A DNA stretch of 37,491 nucleotides from a virus (lineage: Duplodnaviria; Caudoviricetes), in IMG/VR virus record IMGVR_UViG_3300048902_000179, positions 1 to 37,491 of that record. One strand, written 5' to 3'. Made by a program: the position numbers and the translations under genes. The notes under the pieces are model-generated. The model saw nothing but the letters and a program-made list of their open reading frames with translations, did not search any database and was not told where the DNA came from. Positions 16,235 to 24,127 of this stretch are shown here, piece by piece; within the stretch, counting starts at the first letter, position 1, and each line of letters begins with the position of its first letter.

Positions 16235-16791
16235 AAAACTTCCTGCCCATCGGGTCGGCCGACATGCTGCCTCTGCGGATGGCACTGCAGCGCCGGCCGG
16301 AATTGTGGGACCAGCACAATTATCGCACGACCTTTGACGGCACCCCCTTTGGCGGCATGTCTGACATATTGCTGCGCTACAGCCGGCCTGAGAGGTGGCA
16401 GGGCAACCCGGACGCGCAGGCCCTGGTGGACGATCTCGACCTCGTGCAGTACCCGGCCTGGGCGGCGCTGCCTGAGTGTCACGCCACGATCTTTGACCTG
16501 ATGCGGCGGTTCCAGGGGATCAGCCTGGGCCGGGTCATCATCGCCAAGCTGCCGCCCGGCGGCCGGATATTGGCGCACGCCGACGACTACGGCGCCTATG
16601 CACTGCAGGACGGGCTGCGCCTGCATGTCTGCGTGCAGGGGTTGCCGGGGTGCCTTTTTCACTGCGGTGACGAGGCGGTGCAGATGGCGAGCGACACCGT
16701 CTGGTGGTTCAACCACCGCGAGCTGCACTCGGCCGAAAACCACAGTTTTGATGATAGAGTACACCTTTTAGTTGATATTAGGACCGGATAG
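16231..16791 (+). CDS. Aspartyl/asparaginyl beta-hydroxylase-family 2OG-Fe(II) dioxygenase
   Basis: GRVIIAKLPPGG.I.AHAD (HxD), WWFN...LHSAEN (distal His), DRVHL (2OG-binding Arg). Confidence 0.88.
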   Translation: MKNFLPIGSADMLPLRMALQRRPELWDQHNYRTTFDGTPFGGMSDILLRYSRPERWQGNPDAQALVDDLDLVQYPAWAALPECHATIFDLMRRFQGISLGRVIIAKLPPGGRILAHADDYGAYALQDGLRLHVCVQGLPGCLFHCGDEAVQMASDTVWWFNHRELHSAENHSFDDRVHLLVDIRTG

Positions 16792-16794
16792 TTG

Positions 16795-17400
16795 ATGTAC
16801 GAAACTCACGGCGCCGCCAAAAGAAACATACGTCTTTACCGTATGTGGAAAAATATGGTGCAGCGTTGCTATACGCCAACTGTCGACAGTTATTCAATAT
16901 ATGGGGGACGAGGCATCACTGTCTGCCCCGAATGGCGGGATAACCCGATGGCTTTTGTTAAGTGGGCAGAAAAACAAGAAGGACACGCGACACTGTCGCT
17001 CGACCGCATCGATTCTAATGGGCCGTATTCGCCGGAAAACTGCCGTTTTATTTCAATGGCGCTGCAGCAACGCAATCGACGCTCAAATCTGCTCTTAACG
17101 TATAAGGACGAGACTAAGTGCTTGGCCGAATGGTGTGAGGTGCTGGGTCTTAAAGTTGGCACCGTATGGAGCCGCCTTAATCGGGGCCGTTCGGTTGCTG
17201 AAGCCTTTTCAGATCCTGTAACGCCGCCGGCACCCCGTCATGATTTGACAGTTGACGGTCGCGTGATGACGGCCAAGCAATGGGCGGCAAAAGTCGGGGT
17301 ATCGGTCAGCACGATTTATGACCGCCAGCGGAAAGGTCAACCGCTCACCGCTGCTCGCGGTCCGCAGGGACCAAAACCGCGCAATTCCGAAGCAGGCTGA
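16795..17400 (+). CDS. Second free-standing HNH-type endonuclease
   Basis: LY..W.NM.QRC, YGGRGITVC.EW, LDRIDSNGPYSPENCR; C-terminal HTH-like repeats; AT-richer codons. Confidence 0.85.
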   Translation: MYETHGAAKRNIRLYRMWKNMVQRCYTPTVDSYSIYGGRGITVCPEWRDNPMAFVKWAEKQEGHATLSLDRIDSNGPYSPENCRFISMALQQRNRRSNLLLTYKDETKCLAEWCEVLGLKVGTVWSRLNRGRSVAEAFSDPVTPPAPRHDLTVDGRVMTAKQWAAKVGVSVSTIYDRQRKGQPLTAARGPQGPKPRNSEAG

Positions 17401-17401
17401 G

Positions 17402-17872
17402 ATGGAACACCTCTCGATGCATGTCGAGTGCACCGTCGACGTGCTGCGGGAGGCGCGCGATACCGGCATGCTGCAGCGTCACTGGGAGGAGCTGGCGCTC
17501 GACCAGGACGAGGTGCCGCTCAGCCCCGACTGGGGCCGCTATTGGGACCTCGAGTGTCAGGGGTGTCTCTCGACGCTGGCGGTGCGGGAGCGCAGCCGGT
17601 TGGTCGGCTACAGCATCATGGTGCTGACCCATGGCCTGCATTACGCCGACTGCTACGAGGCGCGCATGGACATCTTCTGGCTGGCGCCCGAGGTGCGGGG
17701 CCGCTACGGCGGGGTGCGGATGTTCCGCGCGCACGAGAAAGAGCTGAAGCGTCGCGGCGTGAAACGGGTCTATTGCGGCAGCAAGCTGCACCGCGACAGC
17801 TCGCGCCTCTTTCTGCGGCTGGGCTATCGGCCGGTCGAAACATGGTTCAGCAAGATGCTGACGGGGGACTGA
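17402..17872 (+). CDS. GNAT-family acetyltransferase
   Basis: LVGY, DIFWLAPEVRGRYGG (motif A), LF.RLGY; gp14-like position. Confidence 0.8.
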   Translation: MEHLSMHVECTVDVLREARDTGMLQRHWEELALDQDEVPLSPDWGRYWDLECQGCLSTLAVRERSRLVGYSIMVLTHGLHYADCYEARMDIFWLAPEVRGRYGGVRMFRAHEKELKRRGVKRVYCGSKLHRDSSRLFLRLGYRPVETWFSKMLTGD

Positions 17873-17873
17873 C

Positions 17874-19247
17874 ATGGTCGCGGCAGCAGTCGGCATCGGT
17901 AGCGCAGTCGCGGGGCTCGGCGGCTCGCTGATCAGCAGCAACGCGGCCGGCAACGCCGCGGCGATGCAGGCCCGCTCGCAGGCCAACAACCTGCGCTACC
18001 AGCAGGATCTGCTGCGGCTGTCGGTGCCGGTGACGGGCGACCTGCAGAACCGCATGGTCGGTTCGGTCGACGAGATGCGCGCCCGGGCCGAGGAGCAGCT
18101 GCGAGTCTACGGGGAGACCGCCTCAAATGCGCTCTACGGCGGGGCGCAGAACGCATTTAACGCGCTGACCGGCTACGCGCCGCAGGCGGTCAGCGACATC
18201 AGGGGCGGGGCAGACCGCGCGATCGACTACCTAAGCGGTGCCGCGCAAGAGGCCCGCGGCTATGGCGGCAACGCCATCGACGCGATCCTCGGCGGGGTCA
18301 ACCGCGGCACCAACTATCTCCTGGGCGCGGCCGGGGATGTCAGGGGAGCGCTGCAGCCCTTTGTCAGCGCAGGCCAGGGGGTCGCGGGGCAATTGGCCAG
18401 CGAGATCGGCAGCGGGGCGCTGGGGGCGATGCCGAGCCTCACCGATTTTTCGCAATTGCCGGGATACCAATTCACGCTGGGCCAGGGGCTGCAGGCGGCG
18501 CGCAACGCGGCCAGCGCGTCCGGCTATGGCGGCCTGGGGGCCGAGGGATCGGGTCCGTTGGGGAAAAGTCTGATCCAGTATTCGGAGGGATTGGCCAACA
18601 CATTTGGCAATCAATACCTGCAGAATTACTGGGCAAACCAGAACAACCGCTACAACATATTGGCCAACACGGCAAATATGGGGCTGAATGCCGGCGGTGC
18701 CCTGGCGTCAAATCTCGCAAATATTTACGGCAATATCGGCAACATCCAGTCGACCGGCGGCGCCAACATCGCCACCCAGTACGGCAATCTCAACACATTG
18801 CTTGCGAATATTGCAGCAAACCAGGGCAATGTCGCGGCCACCGCGGGTGCCAACACCGGCCAAGTCTGGCAGAACCTGGGGAATCAGGTCGCCAATCTGG
18901 AATCAACAACGGGGGCGAACGCGAGCAATCTGTACAGCAACATCGGCAGCAACTTAACGAACCTCGGTGTCGCGTCCGGTCAGCTGATGAATAACGCGCT
19001 CCTCAACCCGATGCAGATCCTCGCGGGGATCGCAACCGGCACCGCGACCAACTTCAGCAACGCCTCGACCATAGGCAGCGGACAGATCGCGCAGACGCTG
19101 CAGAACCAGGGCAACCTGCTGGGCGCGGGGATAGCCGGCGGCGCCAATAGCGGGCTCAGCAATTACCTGCTCTACAACGCGCTGCAGCCGGGAGGCAGCG
19201 GTTCTGTCGACTACGGCGGCATAGCCGGGGGCAACCCTTATGCCTGA
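17874..19247 (+). CDS. DNA ejection protein, gp7-like
   Basis: Hydrophobic Gly/Ala N-terminus; PGYQF...QG motif; G/A/N/Q-rich. Confidence 0.75.
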   Translation: MVAAAVGIGSAVAGLGGSLISSNAAGNAAAMQARSQANNLRYQQDLLRLSVPVTGDLQNRMVGSVDEMRARAEEQLRVYGETASNALYGGAQNAFNALTGYAPQAVSDIRGGADRAIDYLSGAAQEARGYGGNAIDAILGGVNRGTNYLLGAAGDVRGALQPFVSAGQGVAGQLASEIGSGALGAMPSLTDFSQLPGYQFTLGQGLQAARNAASASGYGGLGAEGSGPLGKSLIQYSEGLANTFGNQYLQNYWANQNNRYNILANTANMGLNAGGALASNLANIYGNIGNIQSTGGANIATQYGNLNTLLANIAANQGNVAATAGANTGQVWQNLGNQVANLESTTGANASNLYSNIGSNLTNLGVASGQLMNNALLNPMQILAGIATGTATNFSNASTIGSGQIAQTLQNQGNLLGAGIAGGANSGLSNYLLYNALQPGGSGSVDYGGIAGGNPYA

Positions 19248-20901
19248 TTCCACCGGAGCCTTGATCAACCAGCTGATGAACCCGCCGAACCCGTTTGAGA
19301 CGGCGGGCCGTGCGATCCAGGGCGCCAACGCATTGCGCCAGTACAGCGCTGACAATGCGGTGGCCGAGGCTTACCGACAGAGCATCGACGCGAACGGGAA
19401 TTTTGATCAGAACAAGTTTAACGCGATCGCGTCTCAGGGCCCCGGCGCCTGGAAATTCGGCGCGACGATGCAGCAGGCCGGGCAGGGGCTGCAGGCACAG
19501 GGCCTCGGCTCCTCGGCGGATCTGCAGGCGAAACTCGATCAACAAGGGGCGATCGCGTCCTACCTGCAGCCACTGACGCAGAGCGTGATCAACGGCGGGA
19601 AGGTGAGCGGGCAGCAAGTGCTCGATCTGATGGACACGATGCCGCCCGGTCTTATCCCGCCGGCCCGCTTGGAGCAGATCAAGACCCAGGTCGGCAAGAT
19701 CGGCGCGTCCGGGGACGCCAGCAACCTCGTGCTGGGCGCGGCTTATGCCAACCAGCACGCGATCGAGGTCACCCGGCAGATGCTGCCGAATTACGGGACC
19801 TATAGCAGCGGCACTTACGTCAATCCCTACCAAGCAAACCCGCGGGCGGCCGGCGGTTCGACCTTCCCGACCTCCGCGGTGCCGATGGGACCGACGCCGG
19901 GCGAGGCGATCGGCGTCACCGAGCGGCTGCAGTCCCCGGTGACCGGCGGCTGGACGCATCCCAAGACGCACGCGCACCGCGAGGGCACGCTCTACGAGTA
20001 CTATCAAGACCACAACATTCCGGTTCCGCCGGGGATCGGCACATTGCGGCCGGGACCGGATGGAACGTTCAGTTTTCCCGGCGCTGCGCCGGGCTTGCCG
20101 CCTGTGCAGATCAAGCCGGCGGCGCCGAGCATGCCCGGCCCCGCTGCGTCGCGTCCCCCTCGTGCCGGGATGCCGCCCGAACCCTCTGGATATATGACCC
20201 CGCCGGGTGCCGCGCCGAGCGAGCGTCGGGGCGGGTCGACCGTGCCGTCACCGCGCATCATCGCGGTCGGCGAGGATACCTACAACGCCACGGCGGCCGA
20301 CATGCCGGCCAGCCAAAACCGGGTGTTCCAAATGCGGCAAGCGCAGTCCGCACTGGCCGGCGCCAGGACCGGGCCGGGCACCGACACATTGCAGGTCATC
20401 AATGGCGTGTTGGGGACGTGGAGCCCCGAATGGGCGAAGAAATTCGCCGGCATCGACCCGGAGCGGAAAGCCGCGAATTACGACGAGGCGGCGAAATATC
20501 TGCAGCAGATTGCCAACGCCAACATGCCGGGCGGCAGCGGCACCAACGACAAGCTAGCCGCCGCCGTCACCGCAAACCCATCAACCAAGATCCAGGGCCT
20601 TGCCGCGAGGGAAATCCTCAAGACGATGATCGCGGGCGAGGAGATGAAGCAATATGTCTACGCGGAGGCGCAGAGGCGGAAGGTCGCACCGGCCGATTTT
20701 GCCCAGTTTGGCGCCGACTGGGCCGCATCCCACGATCCCCGCGCCTTCATCCTGCAGCATCTGCCGGCCAGTAAGCTCGCGCCGTTGGCAAAGGAGATCA
20801 ACAGCGGTAGCCCCGCCGGCAAGCAATTGCAGGCAACGATTAACGAGCTGGTGGCGGCGGGGGTCATTCCCGATCCGACCAAGCCACCCGGCGGCCGATA
20901 G
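19240..20901 (+). CDS. DNA ejection protein, gp20-like
   Basis: Synteny; helical Q/A-rich protein with a Pro-rich linker. Confidence 0.65.
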   Translation: MPDSTGALINQLMNPPNPFETAGRAIQGANALRQYSADNAVAEAYRQSIDANGNFDQNKFNAIASQGPGAWKFGATMQQAGQGLQAQGLGSSADLQAKLDQQGAIASYLQPLTQSVINGGKVSGQQVLDLMDTMPPGLIPPARLEQIKTQVGKIGASGDASNLVLGAAYANQHAIEVTRQMLPNYGTYSSGTYVNPYQANPRAAGGSTFPTSAVPMGPTPGEAIGVTERLQSPVTGGWTHPKTHAHREGTLYEYYQDHNIPVPPGIGTLRPGPDGTFSFPGAAPGLPPVQIKPAAPSMPGPAASRPPRAGMPPEPSGYMTPPGAAPSERRGGSTVPSPRIIAVGEDTYNATAADMPASQNRVFQMRQAQSALAGARTGPGTDTLQVINGVLGTWSPEWAKKFAGIDPERKAANYDEAAKYLQQIANANMPGGSGTNDKLAAAVTANPSTKIQGLAAREILKTMIAGEEMKQYVYAEAQRRKVAPADFAQFGADWAASHDPRAFILQHLPASKLAPLAKEINSGSPAGKQLQATINELVAAGVIPDPTKPPGGR

Positions 20902-23691
20902 ATGCCCGACTACGGCCCGCTCTACTCGGCAGCGGGAACCCAGTGGAACGTCTCGCCCCTGCTGTTGCAGGCAATGGCGGCCGAAGAGTCGAGCGAGAAC
21001 CCGGCCGCGGTCGGTCCGGTCACCCGCAGCGGGCAGCGGGCACAGGGCTTGATGCAGTTTATGCCGGCTACGGCGCAGGAATACGGCGTCAACCCGGCCG
21101 ACCCGACCTCGAGCGTCTACGGCGCCGCCAACTACATGCGGAACCTCCTAGACAAGCATCGCGGCGACACGCGGCAGGCGCTGGCGGATTACAACGGCAG
21201 CCACCCGGGCAGCCCCTACGTCAACGACGTGATGGCGCGCTACTCGCAGCTGGCGGCAGCCTGGGGGGTCGGGCCCGGCACCAAGAATTTTAAGACCCCG
21301 GCCCGGGTGCCGGACACGTTCACCGAGGAAAATCGCTATTCGCCCGCGTCCCCGACCCGGGCCGCCGAGCCGAGGCTTGCTGCCGGCGGCAGCTTTACCC
21401 TCACGCCGCATGTCGACGAAGAGGGGGGCGCCACGGCGGCGCCGGCCGCTGCGCCGGCAGCGCAACCCTTCACCTTTGTGCCGCATGTCGACGAGCAGAC
21501 AGAGGCCCCGGCCCAGGCTGCGGCGCCGGGCCAGCAATATATGTCTGCCGCGACCAGCCCGGGCGCATTGGCGACCGGCACCGCGATCGCCGAGGGGCGG
21601 GTCCCCGGGCCCGCGTTCCAGGCCGCGATCAATACGCCGACCGATCCGCTGCAGCGGGCTCGCGTCGCGGCCGGTCAGCTGGGGATCCCGCTCGATCAGA
21701 TCATTGCCGGACCGCGCATGGCCGCGGTCGGGCCGGACGGGCAGCCCTACTACATCGAGCCCGAAAAGGTCAGCGCCTACTACGAGCCGCAGACGCGCCC
21801 CGGCCCGCCCGGCACCCCGTGGGAGGAAAACCCTCTCGCGATCAATCCGTACCAGCGGCCGTTTGTGCCGCTCGAGGCCGGCTCGCCCACCTCGAGGGGC
21901 CCGGAGAACCTATTGCGGGCCGGCGCCGCGAGGCTGCCGGGAGCGGCAGAGAACGCTTTGATCATGGGGCCGGCTCTGCTGGCAGACGTCGTGGGCGGCC
22001 CCGTGGCTGGCGGCGCGACCGCAGGAGGAATGACCGCGCTGACCGGGGCCGGGCGGCAGGGGATTGCCAACCTGCTGGACCCGTCGCCCCAAGGGCTACC
22101 GATTATGACCGGCGAAACCGGGCGGGATGCAGCGCTTGCCGCCTTGACCTGGGCTCTCCCGAGCGCGGCCATCAGGGCGGGCCTGCCGGCCGCAGGCCCT
22201 CTTGCCGATGCCGTGGGGGGTGGGCGGCTCTGGCCGCCGTGGGGTGCATCGCGAACCCTCGAGGGGATCCGCACCCAGCCCTATGGCCTGCAGGACCGGC
22301 TGGCCCCATGGGAGCCGCCGCAGCGCTGGGAATTGCCGCCCAGGCCGCCGCCCGGCACGCCCGAGCCGCCGCCCTCCTCGCCGATCCCCGGCGCGGCTCG
22401 GGGGGCAATGGGAGGCCCCGCAGCAACCGAGGTGCATCTCAACCCGCTGGGCGAAGCGGCCGACCCCACCGGCCCCTATGCCGCCACCTCGACCGCGGAG
22501 GCACGCGCCAACGCGGTGGCGATCGATACCTTGCCGCCGCAGCGCGTGCCGCTGCTGACCCAGGCCCAGGTCGAGGCGCGAGCCGACCAGATCTACCGGC
22601 ATCTCGCGGCAAACGGCAACCTCTCGGCCGACATGCGCGAGCTGATCCCCGGCAGCCCGCACACGATGGGCGGCCGCACCGGCAACGCCGGCCTCAACGC
22701 GCTCGAGCGCTGGCTGCGCAACGAGCCCGAGCTGAAAAACCACTTTGATCAGCTCGACATGCGGCAGCACGGGGCCCGCATTGATTTTTCGCGGCGCCTG
22801 ATCGGTGACCCCGACACGCTCGAGCATCTGCAGACGGCGCGGACGGCGCAGACGGCGCAATTGCGCGAGGCGGCCTTTCGCGACACGACGCCGACCGACC
22901 CCTCAGCTGCGGTCGCAGAGATCGACCGGGTGCTGGCCGGACCGGAGGGCAAGCGCGAAGGGGTGGCCACCCCGCTGCGGCGGCTGCGCGAGTCGTTTCA
23001 CGACGACGCCGGCAACCTCGAGACAGACCCCGAGCGGCTCTACGGCGTGCGCAAAAACATCACCGACGCGTTGTCGCCGTTGGCCCGCGGCACCGAGCGC
23101 GACGCCCGCGCCGCGTCGTCCCTATTGCAGGACGTCATCCCGCATCTGGACGCTGCGATCGAGGCCGGGGCGCCGGGTTTCCGCGCCTACATGGACCGGT
23201 TCAGCGAATTGTCCCGGCCGATCGACGCGATGGAGTACCTGCTGCGCCGCAACCTGACCGACGCGAGCGGCGGCGCGCCGACCCTGGCGAAGCTCGATCA
23301 GACGATTAAAGACATCGAGCGGCGGCGGCTGATGCCGGGGACCAGCGACGCCAAGTCGGTCAGCGACGAGCAGCTCCAGGGGCTGCAGGCATTGCGCGAC
23401 GATCTGCGGCGGACTGCCAACCTGGGGAAGGGGAAAGCTCTGGGCAGCAACACCGCGGAGAACTTTGCCGGCGGCCGATACCTCAATGTGTTGACGGGTC
23501 CGGTGGCGCACACGATCGGCCGGACCTTTGGCGGGTTTATGGGCGGGATCCCCGGTTTCGCCGCGGCGCACGGCACAGAGTCGGTGCTATCCGGGGTGAA
23601 CGCCAGGGCCCAGGCCGGGCTGAAAGAGGCGCTGTTGCGGCGCGTCTTTAATGAGGGAGGGGCGGGCGTGCGCGCGCTGAGCGGGCCATGA
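20902..23691 (+). CDS. Large ejection protein (gp16-like) with an N-terminal lytic transglycosylase domain
   Basis: EESS.NP.AV, AQGLMQFMPATA, ALADYNG SLT motifs. Confidence 0.85.
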   Translation: MPDYGPLYSAAGTQWNVSPLLLQAMAAEESSENPAAVGPVTRSGQRAQGLMQFMPATAQEYGVNPADPTSSVYGAANYMRNLLDKHRGDTRQALADYNGSHPGSPYVNDVMARYSQLAAAWGVGPGTKNFKTPARVPDTFTEENRYSPASPTRAAEPRLAAGGSFTLTPHVDEEGGATAAPAAAPAAQPFTFVPHVDEQTEAPAQAAAPGQQYMSAATSPGALATGTAIAEGRVPGPAFQAAINTPTDPLQRARVAAGQLGIPLDQIIAGPRMAAVGPDGQPYYIEPEKVSAYYEPQTRPGPPGTPWEENPLAINPYQRPFVPLEAGSPTSRGPENLLRAGAARLPGAAENALIMGPALLADVVGGPVAGGATAGGMTALTGAGRQGIANLLDPSPQGLPIMTGETGRDAALAALTWALPSAAIRAGLPAAGPLADAVGGGRLWPPWGASRTLEGIRTQPYGLQDRLAPWEPPQRWELPPRPPPGTPEPPPSSPIPGAARGAMGGPAATEVHLNPLGEAADPTGPYAATSTAEARANAVAIDTLPPQRVPLLTQAQVEARADQIYRHLAANGNLSADMRELIPGSPHTMGGRTGNAGLNALERWLRNEPELKNHFDQLDMRQHGARIDFSRRLIGDPDTLEHLQTARTAQTAQLREAAFRDTTPTDPSAAVAEIDRVLAGPEGKREGVATPLRRLRESFHDDAGNLETDPERLYGVRKNITDALSPLARGTERDARAASSLLQDVIPHLDAAIEAGAPGFRAYMDRFSELSRPIDAMEYLLRRNLTDASGGAPTLAKLDQTIKDIERRRLMPGTSDAKSVSDEQLQGLQALRDDLRRTANLGKGKALGSNTAENFAGGRYLNVLTGPVAHTIGRTFGGFMGGIPGFAAAHGTESVLSGVNARAQAGLKEALLRRVFNEGGAGVRALSGP

Positions 23692-23890
23692 TCAGCGAGC
23701 CGACGATGATCGCCGCCCCGGTAGGGATCGCTGCCAGCAGATGGCCGACCATAAACGCCGCCGGCACCAGGACCAGCAGCAGCAGCACGACGCGCCAGTT
23801 CTGGCAGAGTAAAATCAGGCCGTATACCAACGCGGGGATCACGAACCACGCGGCGATAAACACGACGCAAAAGAGCACTTCCGGGGACAT
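23648..23890 (-). CDS. Small multi-TM membrane protein, superinfection-exclusion candidate
   Basis: MSPEVLFCVVFIAAWFVIPALVYGLILL...; 2-3 hydrophobic helices; antisense just after the gp16-like gene. Confidence 0.6.
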   Translation of the reverse strand: MSPEVLFCVVFIAAWFVIPALVYGLILLCQNWRVVLLLLVLVPAAFMVGHLLAAIPTGAAIIVGSLIMARSARARPPLPH

Positions 23891-23893
23891 CCG

Positions 23894-24124
23894 ATGCCCA
23901 GTGATAGCAATCCGACACAGTCGCAAACCGTAACACTGCCGGCCGCGGATTGGCACACAATTTTGGCCGGGCTCTACGAGCTGCCGGGGAAATTCGGCAT
24001 CCCGGTGATCGCGCGGCTGCAGGGCGAGTTGCACCGCATGCCGATCGAGGAACCCGAGGTCAATCGCGGCCTCGGCAGCCTTAATGGCCAGGACGCCGCA
24101 GCCGCCGCAGCACCGGGAGAATAA
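23894..24124 (+). CDS. Hypothetical protein
   Basis: 76-aa ORF directly before the tail fibre. Confidence 0.6.
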   Translation: MPSDSNPTQSQTVTLPAADWHTILAGLYELPGKFGIPVIARLQGELHRMPIEEPEVNRGLGSLNGQDAAAAAAPGE

Positions 24125-24127
24125 GAC

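Noticed and set aside
16792-17401. Intron splitting a hydroxylase-GNAT fusion
   Set aside because: Both flanking genes look complete and the endonuclease fills the whole gap
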